The position numbers and the translations under genes are program-made. Source: Aplysia californica (taxonomy: Eukaryota). From it: a stretch of DNA of 64,000 bases. The DNA is taken from positions 52,541 through 116,540 of the forward strand of contig NW_004798018.1 of NCBI RefSeq assembly GCF_000002075.1, read 5' to 3'. The notes beneath the pieces are model-generated. The model was not told the origin of the DNA and searched no databases. It worked only from the letters and a program-made list of their open reading frames with translations. Positions 12,936 to 25,501 of this stretch are shown piece after piece. How positions within the stretch are numbered: position 1 is the stretch's first letter; every line of letters starts with the position of its first letter.

Positions 12936-15900
12936 CTGCGCCAGAAAAAAAGACAATACAATTACTTAGCGATGTACATATAAAAGTCATTATTACTAGA
13001 AAAAGTAATCACAGGAGGAAATATTTTTGGTTTAATCTATTCTGATTCAGTAAAACCAAACAGAAAAACACCTGTCTTTACCAATTCTACATTTTATCTA
13101 TTCACTAACATCTCATATAAAATCTAATGAGTCAAATGACAAATATTCAGTTAAAACAAATTACTGCACAAAAGCCAACCAAGTCAAAACTATGACAAAA
13201 GCGCAAGATGTCATCTTGGATAATTACCAAAATTTTACGGACCAATTCTTTTCAAGGCTAAGATGGATTACTACAATAACACTTAACAAACAATAACGAA
13301 TAAAATGAAATATCATTTACCAATAATCTGGTTTTGGAATTGGAATGTCGTTGCCCTCGTATTTGTCGAGAAGTTCTTGGTTCCTTTTATCTAGCTCCTG
13401 GAAAAGGAAAAATAAACTCATTACTAAAGAACAATATAATGTGTCAAAAATAGCTGTGCAAAGTGCAAGTTGGTTGACTTTCAGTTCTCTCTCGAAAAAT
13501 CAGAATTATAATAATAATAGTTTGCTTGTCAATGTCAGGCGATGACCAATGCATCTGCAAACGAGAATATTTTTTTAATGAAACACAATTAATATAGGTT
13601 AAGATGACTTGTGGCTTCTGCTATGGCCAATGAGACCAATGCTGGCTGAGAAGTGTTCACTACATTTTCAACATTCAAAAGTTTCAATTCCACTCATGGG
13701 TGGATGCACAATGCTTGGACTTCTCTCTTGGCTTCCGCATTTTTAATGCAAGGAAGATCAGAAAGTATGACTATAAGAATATACTTTATAAAAACTTGAT
13801 AAAAGAAGCAAGTCAAGTAATTCATAAGGTGAACAATATCACAGGAGCTGTAGTTGTTATTCACCCCAAACCAGCTGAACTTTCCCCCTTCTATTTGTAC
13901 AGTTCAACTCCAACCATTTTGACAAGAGATTTGCAAAAGACCATCAGAAGAAAACAGCAAGACAAATGGAGAGACTTCATCAGGAGGTGCTGTTTTAGTT
14001 TTAGTAGAAGTTTCACATCATTTGCAATACAAAGATAATATATAAGTGTGGAAGAATAGAGATGTAATAAAGAAAGAAGGAGGAAAGATAAGAATGATAG
14101 ATGTTTGATAGGATAAAAAGAGCAAACCACATCTGAGCATCCACCAACTAACCACACTGGGTATCGTTTCATCACAACAGACTACGTCTGCTGCACTAGT
14201 TTACACTTCCTGTATGATGACGGCACATGTGACTCATAAATTAGACCAATACACGCTACATAAGTTGGTTGGCTGCAGAGAGCACAAGGGGAAAAAAACT
14301 AAACCTTCTGCACTCTGTTAAGTCATCTTTTATCTTTACTTTACTTTTGTCCGCCGCTTATACCCTTTTGGTGTCTCGGGAAGAAAGAGATGTCTCTCTG
14401 TCGCCAGCCGGAGAGCTTGGGTCAGGGGGATGTCGTGAGTTGTTAATGTTTCCCTGACTCCATCTATCCAGGTCTATTTCAGTCGCCCTCTAGTCTTGTT
14501 GCCACTGAATTTTTTTATGTAAGCACGTTGTGCTGGGTGGTGTGTTGGTAATCGCATGAGATGTCCGAACCATTTATCATCTTTAATCATTTCAGAAATT
14601 GCATAAATGTCTTCGCTTCAGACTCCACTTCTTTCTCCTTTGGACTGATCTTACCGTCAGTTCCCAGAAACTTAAGTGAACTCTGAGCTACCTGATGGTG
14701 GGGAGAATTTATAAATAACTAGAGAAAAGTGAACAGAAACAGCGTGTGACCACACACGCCAGGTTAGCTTCTAAACCACCTGCCCCAAACAACAAATGTT
14801 ACACAATTCAAACTTCCAGTGATCACCTCTCGGTTCTTGATGAGAGTACTCTGTTGGCTGACAACTGCGCCCATCTGGCTAGTGCGTGGTCTGGAGTGGA
14901 AGTACTGGGTCGATTCTGCCTCCGACACTCGCTCCACTCTGCCTTCTATTCTTATCTAAGGACAGAGGAAGCAGTCTTAGAATTACAACACCAAAATGTT
15001 AAAAGAATATCATTTTACCAAATATTTTTGATATAACCTTATCTCTTTTATGCCTCATGAGGTACATGTACTTAAATGGCACATAAGAATGAACAGGCAG
15101 GCAGAAGGACTTATCATGAAACAGTGAGAGCTTCCGAGATTATACAACATGACAATAGATAAGCATTTAAATTTGAATTTGAACTTTTTTGAAACTCTTG
15201 AAAGTCAGGCATGAAAATTCATTATTTCAAATCCAAGTCCAGAACTTTCCATTGCATTTTGACCTTTATTCATCAGACACTCACGAACCCAGTTAAGGAC
15301 AGAAAGAAAATATAAAAAGCATTAGTAGCTTAATCAAGTTCTATCCACAAATTTAGGACCATTGGAGGTTAAAAAAGTACACAGTTTATGAAAACAGAAA
15401 CAAATACACTACATCTTATGTTGTGGTATAAGAAACAGCAACACTCACCAAGTGCAACAAATAGGTACACAGTACTTCCAAAAAGTAACTAAAACAAGAA
15501 ATACAATTTTGTATCTACTTTGCTATGGATCTATTTATGAGTCAGCAAATTTGGCTACGAAGAATGAGTAGATGTATAACAAAAGGTGAGGTTGCAACTA
15601 GATCTCACTCACTACCCTTCTTCTCATTTAAACACCATCCAATCAAAATATAAGGCTTATAATATCTATACCATAAAAATTAAGTATGAAATAGTCTTGC
15701 TGTCAACAAAAATACCAATATAATGCACTGCCCCCTCACAAATTAAATGATGCCCAAAACCATGGCTTCTTAAAATTACAAAAAGTCCTCTCGGTGACAA
15801 TGAGGTGATGGGAATGTAGCCTTCTGAGGTATCTGCTGTAAATGGAACATCTTGGCCATAAGCCTCCACAAAGACATGTATTGCTAGCATTTTTCTTCCC

Positions 15901-18900
15901 CAGATCACAAGCAAAGCAATAAAAAAAAAATGACAGCCTTACTCACCGATTTCATAAGCGCCTCCCAGTAAAACATTAAGCTACAATTTGGATTTTCAAC
16001 CTGATATGCCAAGGAGATAAAACAATAAGGAAAAGAGAAAAGTTAATGCCAAGTCATAAACAAGTAAAAATACTTAATATCTCCACTCGTCAAAGACCAC
16101 ACATAAATTATGAACAAAATGAATGGAAATCGGTGGTAAATAAAAGTGGGAAATTTCAGGCCAAATAATTTTACGATATAATTCATAAACCATTTTTGGT
16201 TCGCAATTTGTGTGTGATTTTTGCCAGGTTTTTTACACAAATGTGACTTTGGACATGAGCTGAGGAGAGTTATGTGCTTGTTGCTTGTCCTACCTTGCAC
16301 TAAAGTTCGGCCATTTTGAGGAAATAAAATTTGTGAATTTTTTTCTTATGATAAGTCCATTCCTAACTTCCACTATTCAACATTTGCTGCCTGTACACAG
16401 TGCTAGTCACTGAGCGCTCTTGTGTTTTCTCGCACACAGTGTAATGCAATGTTACATCACTGCTCATAATGCTTCGAATTTTAAATAGGGAAAGGGGAGC
16501 TCATTGCGACAGGTACTGTTAATTTCATGAAAAAACATTTGTTGTGCTTCGAGAGTCAATAAATGCTCTTGTTCGAGCAGTTAATGATGTGGCAGGTGAA
16601 TATTGAAAAGTAATGAATACTCTTTAGAACTTAGAGGCATCTTTTATAATTCTTGCAGGTTCCACTTATCAAAATATTTTTGTATTAACCTCGATGATTT
16701 TAGTTATAGTATGCTCTAATTATACTAGGGTTTGTGAGAAATGAGAGGGAAGTCCATTATCTGTTAAAAAAATATATTTAAAAAAAATAAATCTTAAACT
16801 CCCAATAAACAACCAATAAGTATTCGAATGGCTTTGCCATGCTTTGAATAGCTGTGAATAACGCAAAAATCATGGATGCTGAATAGTGAAATACAATTCA
16901 ATAGGCACAGCTCTACTTTGCACTGAGGGTCACAGTTCTACTTTGCACTGAGGGTGATGCTGTAACACATATGCAGAGATAACAGAGCACTGCACACAGG
17001 CTTACTTTTTCTATATTACTTTATTGAGTCACCTTAAAATTAATTTTATCCCACTCCCTTTGCTTTTAGTTCTAGTAACCCAGACCCACTCTACTGTTGT
17101 CTGTGGCATGTCTTTGAGCGAAGTTGGAGAAACTGAGAAACCAAAGTACTAGATTTACTAACTCATTTTTTCTTAACTACCCCAAAATTACTCTTTTTCA
17201 AAATGAGTAATCCAATCTTCCACAGTAAACCCCCTAGATATCGAAGTCATGTCCAGCCCTCCCTCACCACCAAACATCTCCTCTCCCACAACCCAACTCC
17301 CTAATCAGCATAGTTTTCAAGCATTCAATTTTTCCTTTTACTTTTCCAATTCAATGACAATCTATCCAAGAGAGATAAGCCCTTCAAACTGGTGTGCAAA
17401 GTCACATTTGCATAAATTTATAAAAAAGCATTCTGTGTCATCGTAGTAGACAAAAGAATAAGTTTGAAGTGTTGGAAGTTACGTATTTACCTGCCTGCTA
17501 ATGGTGGAGGTTTCAGAATTAGTCGACAGATAGAAAAGTAGAGAGGCAAATGGATTTTCCTCCTGTGATTGAGAAAATGGTACAAATATTAATGTACACA
17601 CGCGAAGAAACAAAATGAATTACTACTCGGATTCAAGCCATAAGGAAATAGGATACATCACGTTGTAAGTGAAGTTTTTACAGTTTATACATGAAATAAT
17701 AGAACATTGGTTATACTTAAAGAATATGGAATCAATAGAAAATCTACAAATTTGACCCAAATGTTGATTATTGGCCAATATCTCCATTTGTGGACTGCAA
17801 GAAGTAACTCATTTTGTCGGCACACCTTGCACATCTCTTCGCTTTTCACATATTTGTTCTTTTTTGCATCAGGTATGTTGTATAAAATATAGCACAGAGA
17901 AACAAACAGACACAACAGACGTGTGAAATACAAGTGAGAGAAAAATTAAACTAGGAGTAAGATTTCTTGAGCATAAAAGATAGTATAAATCACATCATAG
18001 CTTCTATCAATACTGCAATAAGAGACAATATCAGTTTCAGCATTCTTTACCATACAATCTAATCTAAAGGAGATCTCCTTTAAATAGACAGATAAAACTG
18101 TTCAAAGATTTGAAATAACTAGAGATTTTAGGACTTACAAGTTCTTGGGCTTTTCTGCTTCCATAGTTTGTGTAGAACACGATTCCCTTTTTGTCAATGC
18201 CCTTCATGAGAACCATTCGAACAGAAGGTTTTCCATCTCTGGAGAACAATAACAATGATGATAATAATGATAATTAATAACACTAGTAATAATAATATAC
18301 ACCGCATATCTCTATGCTAGAAAATCGGCTCCATGCACTTCATAATCTATACATATTATATGTGTGAAAGTTCTTCACTTTGGCCGCCTAAAACTTCCCA
18401 ACCACTGAACTTTCAAATTTTACAAAATTAACGGTGGTTCAGAATCATTTAAAGGGTGCACAGTTAAAATATGCAGTCTGAAGTCCCTGTAGTTTAATTT
18501 TCAGTTTTTCATTAGTTTTGTTTAGATCTAATCTTGGGAAAGTTCGTCTTCTTAGACGCCATTGTAAACAAGTGAGAGGTCCGTTCACAAACAGTGCATA
18601 CTGGTTCAACAATGACTTGGCGATCGATTCTTTTGAGTCCGTTCATCGCACGAGGTACCCAGCTCGTTTATTAATACCCAAACAAATCCTACAGCATTAC
18701 GAAATGTTTTGAACTTCTTTAAAAGAGACTATAATTTTATCTGTGCACTTAAGCACGGAACAAGCAGGCTAGGATGCATGTTTAGCATGGTAAAAATGAA
18801 AGTATGTGGGAGTAAACATGGTGGTCAATGAATTTTGATTCAACAAAAATAAAACTCTTTTTTAACTAGCCATCAAAATCAATTTGTTGTTTTAATTTGC

Positions 18901-21900
18901 AGGGGGGGGGGGGGGATAAAAGGGGAACAAATCTGTTTTATTTCTCCTTCAGTGAATAAAAGAACAAGAGATCATGAAATTTTAGTGATTTTTGAAAGTT
19001 ACTGTGACAACTTGTCCCATTTAGGAACAAACCAGTTTCATTAAAAAATATAAACCAATGTACAAAAGTTTTTAAAATGTGCAAAATTGAGGTAGCCAAC
19101 TCGGTACCGGTAATAATACTGAGGGAAATTTGCCATTTACAACAAGAAAAGAAGTTTCATTCAGATATCGAGATTCTAGATATAATGTTTCACATAACCG
19201 GCTGTCATGGCAAGTTGGAAAATAATAAACAATGAGAAACAAGAGTGATAAATTAATCCTTGAAAAGAAATCTAGGTTACAAATAGCTGGTATTGGGGGA
19301 ACAAATGTCAATAAACGTAATTACCAGTACTAGTGTCTTGAACTCTCTGGCTTATAATTATAGGCAGGTAGGAAGGCCCTCCTGTTCTGTATCCCCAAAT
19401 GACAGCACAATATATATTTATTCTATAAATTAGTCAAAATTATATGTCCAATCTACTGGCTATGTGGGTGAGTAACCTGGCTGCAGTCAGAGGAAAGCAT
19501 GAAGACCTTCCCCCAACTTGATCACCCAAGAAGCCATGAGAAATAATAATAATGATAGAAATAAAAATGATTAACTGCATTAGCATTCAAATTTGCCCAA
19601 TTTTAATTTCGACAAGATGCTCAGAGTAGATTACAATACAGTAGGTAAAGCAGACATAGGCACAATATAAAAAATCCTAAGAACAAAAAAAACCAAACGA
19701 AACAAAAAAAAACATTTACTTCAAAGACAACACAAAGTTCCACATACTTGTACATTGATAAAAATCCACTATTACAATTAACAGGAAAATAGACATAAAA
19801 ATGCAAATCAGTACATATGTAGAAACACAGTTAGACGTTAAACATGTTCATGGTTGACAACTCACAATAAGAGAAAGAATGAGTCTACTCGTTAAATAAA
19901 AGCAAATAAAAATGCTTTATGGTTGTGAAAAGAAAACCATCAAATTACGAAATGGATCAGTAGTCACCCTCGGGTTATGCAGTAAGTAAAAATATCATGA
20001 CCAGCATAAATATATAGCCAAGCAGTAGGAGAGCCTGAAAACCCCTCAAGTTCAAGATTATGCTCTGTACGGGATTCAGATCAGGGTTTTAAGCAGAGCA
20101 CAGCACTAGCGGAATGATGTCGAAATCCCCCGCTGGAAGAGCAAAGGGTAAGAATATAAGCAGAACAGCACAACTGGCAATAAACACTCACTTGGTGGCT
20201 GTGGCAATGGCCATTGCATTGGCTTCCATAATCCCATCTGTATTCTTGGCCTCCTCAAACCACGCTGTGAACTGTCCAAAAGGCTCCTTAGCCACAAGGT
20301 CGCCAACATCAAAGACTTCTTGTTTGCCTTTGTAAGGCTTCCTCATTCCTGCCAAATGAACAATTTAGACATTTCATGCTCAAAATCGATCATTATTTAT
20401 GTACCTTCAAACTGAGTACGTCAAAATGTAGACAAACAACATATCTGAAACAAAAATATTTTTAATAATTACCATCAAATCTTACCACCTACGTTGACAG
20501 CACATTGTCAAAGAGACAAGACATTAGCCAACAGGGGTCAAATTTTAGTGCTCATGTCCAGTCCTTTTTATAAGAGAAATATATTGATAGGCATGATGTG
20601 AACAATTAAAGTGCCATTTCAGTCCGATCAACTGATTTCAAGTCAACTAAATCTCTTTAAAATTGTCAAATGTGGAAGGCAAACTTAAAAAACTTTTCAT
20701 TAGCTATCAATAGGACCCATTAGAAGTTTATAAAAATTGTAAATTTCATCACCTTTCGTCAGCAACTTATAGAACCCATTAAGAGTTTTTAAAATACAGT
20801 CGAACCTGAGTAAGACGGAATCGCAGGGAAGCCAGAAAAAATTCCGTCTTAGAAAGGGAAATTTAGAGGAAGATGGAAATGGGTCAGCAGGTATTGGTCA
20901 ATCTAATTTCACACCTCTGGCTTCTGGCTACCCACGAAAGTTTCCGTAGTGGCTCGCTACTCAAGCACTCTCACGGGCAGTCGTGAGATTTCACACCCAC
21001 ACTACCCTGACAATCTACATCGCTCAGGGCTCACATGATGGGGTAACATCTACCCCCAAATTGCACCCCTACTCCCCTTCCTCGTCTAGCGGCATGGCCA
21101 TGACATTAAGTTTAGAGCCGGCGGAACCAAACTTAAAAGTTTTTCAAATCAGAGCTGAGCGGGCAAAGCATTTTCCATCTTAGACAGGTGAAACCCTCGG
21201 AAGGGAGCGGATTTTTCTTTCCGTTTTCGCTATGGACAGGTTTCTGTTTTATACAGGTAATTAAAGAGGAATATATCAAGGGGTGAGCGGGGAGATTCTG
21301 TTAAGACAGGTTTCTGTTTTATACAGGTTCGACTGTACTGTATATTTCAGGCGTGTGCAGGAGACACACCAAAATGGTGAGCAGGAAGAGAAAATATGTT
21401 GTATACAGAAAATGCTTAACTGCTCCTCGTTTAGTTTTAGTAGAGGTTTTACAGCACTCGAAACTGCATAAGGTCATATGAGCGTCAAAAGATAAGAGGT
21501 GTTACAAGAGAGTAACAAACATAAAAAAGAAGGAGGGAGATAAGGACGATATAAGTTTGATAGGAAAGGAGAAGCAAACCACACCAGAGCACCCGCCAAC
21601 CACCCACTAACTGCTCCTAACACTGCTAAGATATTGTTGAGATAGAGATAAGTTGGCCCTACTGCCTGCTTAGAAGTGTAGGTAAAGAAAATAAGTTTGA
21701 TTTCACTTTTATCAGATGGTGAAAAAGTGGAGGCATCTTAGTACCTGAGACATTCAGCAGCTTATCTGAACCATCTCCCTCTTGATTTCTTGAGCCACGT
21801 CCCACATTAGAAAACAGTGTCCTGGCTCGAAAGCTGGTGAACAAGTCTTTTCTATGTCTGCTACACACAAGACACAACCTAACAACACTTCGCATTGTTT

Positions 21901-24900
21901 ATTTTAGAAACTCTGCAATTAATCTCTCGTCTTTTTAACAAAGCATACCAGCTGTAGAAGAAACAAAAAAACATTGTCACACAATTAAAAGTCGTTATAT
22001 AGAAAAACATTTATTTTTCAAAAAAGAATCTTTTATCCCTGAGAGAGAGTCATAAAGTCTGTGTTTTTCGTTTCATCTTAGAAATGGTCTGGAATCGTTT
22101 AACGTCAGCACAAAGACGAATATATTTGGTGGGGGGCTGTGCAGAGTAATTTTGTCAAGGGAACTGTAACTGTTGTACGGAATCGGCAATCTAATTGTAT
22201 AAATATCGTTAAAAAGTGTGCGGCTCTGACAGTGCGCAGCTTTGATATTTTTTTTCTCAAAAGAGCGCAGCTCTGATAGTTTCCCGCAGCAAACAATATG
22301 CAGTTTGATCCCCAAAGCAGTGCATCTGTGTGCGGGAGTGAAAATAAAAATTTACCATAATAGGAAACAACGAGAAAACCATATCACCAGATGACTACCC
22401 TACTAGAGCACACATGTCAACCACCTACATATAGAGTAGCGGCGGGGTTGTGCGATAGGGGGGTCTGCGCGGCAACCTTGTAGTATGAACCAATTTAAAC
22501 ATGCTAGAGCGTTCCAGCATTTATCAACATCCGGCAGCACCTTTTCCTGTAGTACGAGATTATTGGCAGGTCACTGTGGTTGCTTATTGCACGTACACAG
22601 AGGCAAATTATTTCCAGGTTTGCTGATTACGTATTCTAACGGTGTATCGGCCTGCAGTTGTAAGGCTGTCAATGCATTTTATGAAGATGTGTATACTTGC
22701 ACTACACACAAAGCAGTGTGTTCTGCATGTAGCATCAGTACTAAGCAAAGCACGGACCCTCTCAGCCTCTCTGAGGGGATGGATGGGGGTTGGCGCGCAG
22801 TGCCGCCACGGCGTCTAGTAAGGCGGGGTTTCGCGTCTCAGACCTCTGCAGCGAGAACGGGGCAATATTATATTGCATCAAGGCCCACAACAGCCACCTG
22901 ACACAGCCTCTGTACCAGGCGTTTTTCGGGGCCATTATTAAGCCAGCGTGGCGAGAGGGGGTAAGGAAGTTTGTGAGGGACACCACGGAATCCGTCACAC
23001 TGAGGACGTTCGCCGGCGTCCTGAATTGAAGGCCTGGACAACAGTAGCTCGGCTAAAAACGGCCCTGAGGGGATTCCCCAAGTCAGGGCTGTTTTTCTAC
23101 AACCCTGACGTGTCCTCACAAGTGACAAGCTGAACCCAGCTGCACCTTAACAGGATCCCCTGCCCCTACCCTCCACTTGTCATCCACCTCGTCTGCCTCT
23201 GCCCCATCCGCCTCTTTTGCTTCTAAACCATCCACGACGTCACAAACTCGGCGTCACCGACTCAAGGAAATATTCTCCATGAACTTTAAGCTTGGGGAGG
23301 AGAAAGTTGACCTGTACCTCAAGAGGTATGACAATGGATATGACCTCAAGATCGACCCCAACTACAACATATGGTCCAGCCTGATGGACAATATTGAACA
23401 ACTGACTCCTCCGCTCCCTCAGCCATCAGCAAGAGCCCTGAAACCTCAGACCCCCACCGGGGAGATGACTATCGACAAGGTGCTCACATTTCCGTCCTGT
23501 TCAAAGAACAAGTCCGTTAGAAAGCCCCAGCCACCTGTGCCATTGTCCATCAGTGGAAATGACTAGAAAGAGATGATACTCACAAAGAAGAGGAAGGCGG
23601 AAGAAGAACAACAGCAGAAGGAAGAGAGAAAGAAGCCAAGGGAGCAGAGAAAGATGGAACGGCTAGCACAAGCTGAAGACAAGAAGGAAAGCCAAAAAGA
23701 GAAGAAAAAACGAAGGGAGCAGGCAAAGAAATAGGAGGAGAAGAAAAGGAAAATTCAAGAGAAGAAGATGAATGCTTTGGTTGTGGCCTCACAGAAGAAG
23801 AAAGAGGAGGAAGATTCCTCTGACTCAGGAGAAGAGCCGGTGTACGACGACAGCTCGGACGATTGTGGGGATATTACGGTCGACTGTGCTGGATGTGGAG
23901 CCACCACCGCAGGATAAGTAGTGCTCACCCAGTGCATGCTTTGTGACAAGTGGTGGCATGTCAACTGTGTCAAACAGATGGACCTGAGGACAAGACTCAG
24001 GAAGACCTGGATGCCATGGACATTGAGCTCTTTTGCTGTGCTAACTAATCTCTCCTTCCCATTTTGTTTCATACTAATAGTGTAAACAATATCTTTGTTT
24101 ATCCATGTGCAATTAGATCCACATGTCTCTACTTTGCTGTTCTTATATAATTTAAATCAAGTTTTCAGGGTTATCTAGACTCACTAATAGATTACTGTTT
24201 CCATTGTAAGTGTTGGCTTCAGTTATTTTTTGTTTTCTTTCTCTTGTGGCTATGCATAAAAACAGAGTGTCTTTTGTAACTCTTAACTCTTGTGCAATTT
24301 GTAAGAATATTTCCGGCGTTGTGGTTAGAAAATCATACGTTAGCCTATAAGATTCATAATAAGAAGTTATAAGGACATGTTGCAAGACCCGCCCTATCCT
24401 AGCGCGCAGCCCCTCCATAAAACGCGCCACCCTCAAGCAGGAACGCGCACCCCTGCTCATTGTCGCACACACCCGCCCTCACTTTGCCTCACAAAAAACC
24501 ACTACTAAGGGAGACAGGCAAACAAAGCAGGCATAGCGCGCTGGGCCAACGATAGCAGACGAAATTTGCTTCTCATCAGTTATTATGCAGTTACCTCCCC
24601 TTTCACCGGGGTCTAGCAAGGTCACTTTTTGTGCTTAGGGTAGCCCAGACTACCTCCTCTACTCTAGCTAGAGCACTGTTGAAATGTAAAGCACAGTAAC
24701 AGAATGAAAGCTATTGATATCAAGAATCTACACATTATGTTTCAAGGGGTGACAGGAATAGTACAGGTACTTTTTAAAATCACTGAGGGAAAAGTTCTAC
24801 ATACAACAAAATTAAAATAGAGGTCATACAAAACAAAAATGCCTGAAATGGTAAGATGTAAGCTTGAGTTTTAATTGTCAATTGAGTGTTCACAATCAAC

Positions 24901-25501
24901 AAGTAAGCCACTATAAACTCTTCTAAAAAGTTTGTCACTTATTAGTCCTTCCTTGCACAAGTTTTACTGAAATTAGATAAATGCACATGTTTAGTTATCC
25001 CGAGCTGAGGACGTGAGTGTAGATTTGGCTTTAGGAATTTTAGTGAAAGTCGGTTTGTTATACAACTTATCCTTTAAAAAGGCCGTCGTTATAAAAAAAA
25101 AAATCCTTGACGAACAATTTTTAACAAAAGTAAAATTTTAAGTAAGCATGCATTCTTTTCAAATTTCAGGGGAGTGTCCTTTTACACATAGCATTATCGG
25201 GCAGACACTGCGACTTAAACTTAAAGACTAGATCTAGATCTATTTCTGTGCTGGTATAATACATAACCCCTCTACTGATTTTACAAAGCAGAGCACACAA
25301 TACATAATAAACATGCCTTTGTGCATGGAGAAATTATACAACATGTCATGGCCATGGGCAAGGAAAGGCATTGGAGTCGGCTAGCGTATCTACAAAATTA
25401 CAGTACATATATTGATAATCTGTAAATTGAAGTAGATAAAGAATCTTTTTATTTAGTCTAAAACATCAGAGGGAATTACCGGCAATATCAAGATTTGCCA
25501 T
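12770..25501 (-). CDS. PNPO: Pyridoxine/pyridoxamine 5'-phosphate oxidase, spliced gene (about 234-283 aa depending on isoform)
   Basis: Coding exons in transcript order: 25480-25501 (alt first A) or 21745-21895 (alt first B); 20192-20348; 18139-18238; 17491-17562 (alt 4a) or 15947-16000 (alt 4b); 14827-14955; 13321-13397; 12770-12935. All are GT-AG and phase-compatible. Family motifs: [73 protein letters not shown]. Confidence 0.96.
13321..13397 (-). CDS. PNPO: PNPO exon ([26 protein letters not shown])
   Basis: cag acceptor and gtaaat donor; 77 nt; phase 0/2 fits neighbours. Confidence 0.93.
14323..14690 (-). mobile_element. Decayed RTE-type LINE 3' fragment in a PNPO intron
   Basis: Minus-strand translation gives LKFLG...[10 protein letters not shown]...RGR..TWIDG, followed by a (GTAAA/GATAAA)-like tail. 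Confidence 0.55.
14827..14955 (-). CDS. PNPO: PNPO exon ([36 protein letters not shown]...)
   Basis: tag acceptor and gtgatc donor; 129 nt; conserved YFHSRP and SQQS motifs. Confidence 0.95.
15947..16000 (-). CDS. PNPO: PNPO alternative exon 4b ([18 protein letters not shown])
   Basis: cag acceptor and gtgagt donor; 54 nt; phase 0/0; matches the family NPxxSLxFYWE motif. Confidence 0.9.
17491..17562 (-). CDS. PNPO: PNPO alternative exon 4a ([24 protein letters not shown]), paralog of exon 4b
   Basis: ttttctcaatcacag acceptor and CAG|gtaaat donor; 72 nt; phase 0/0; open frame; NPFASLLFY...RQ matches the same PNPO segment as 15947-16000. Confidence 0.8.
18139..18238 (-). CDS. PNPO: PNPO exon ([33 protein letters not shown])
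   Basis: ctccag acceptor and gtaagt donor; 100 nt; FMN-binding motifs. Confidence 0.96.
20192..20348 (-). CDS. PNPO: PNPO exon ([35 protein letters not shown]...[12 protein letters not shown])
   Basis: ggcag acceptor and gtgagt donor; 157 nt; phase 1/2. Confidence 0.94.
20797..21335. mobile_element. Tc1/mariner (Tigger-like) MITE
   Basis: TA-CAGTCGAACCTG ... CAGGTTCGACTG-TA. Confidence 0.8.
21428..21607 (-). repeat. ~180-bp short retroposon family, copy with perfect 11-bp TSD taactgctcct
   Basis: TSD at 21417-21427 and 21608-21618. Confidence 0.85.
21745..21895 (-). CDS. PNPO: PNPO alternative first coding exon B, mitochondrial presequence-like ([29 protein letters not shown]...LLNVSG)
   Basis: ATG in acaATG context; CAG|gtacta phase-1 donor in frame with the next exon; upstream acceptor ttcttctacag at 21952; Arg/Ser/Leu-rich N-terminus. 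Confidence 0.7.
22434..24484 (+). mobile_element. Decayed pogo/Tigger-like DNA transposon (DDE_1 C-terminal part, K/E/R coil, PHD finger) in a PNPO intron
   Basis: [28 protein letters not shown]...KPAW and [13 protein letters not shown] are DDE_1-like. CAGC...[12 protein letters not shown] is PHD-like. Frameshifts and stops present. Imperfect TIRs gtagcggcggggttgtgcga / tcgcacacacccgccctcac. Confidence 0.75.
25480..25501 (-). CDS. PNPO: PNPO alternative first coding exon A (MANLDIAG)
   Basis: attATGG start; CCG|gtaatt phase-1 donor; acceptor ttttatcaacag at 25556. The joined LDIAGMRKPY resembles the family D-x-A-x-x-R-x-x-Y N-terminal motif. Confidence 0.75.

Noticed and set aside
15235-15290. 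Possible minimal hammerhead ribozyme (CTGATGA...GAAA on the minus strand)
   Set aside because: The stems could not be formed convincingly; at best a degenerate Penelope-type remnant.
16906-16955. 25-bp tandem duplication between PNPO exons 4a and 4b as a possible selector element
   Set aside because: No complementary docking sequence was found by eye; treated as an ordinary local duplication.
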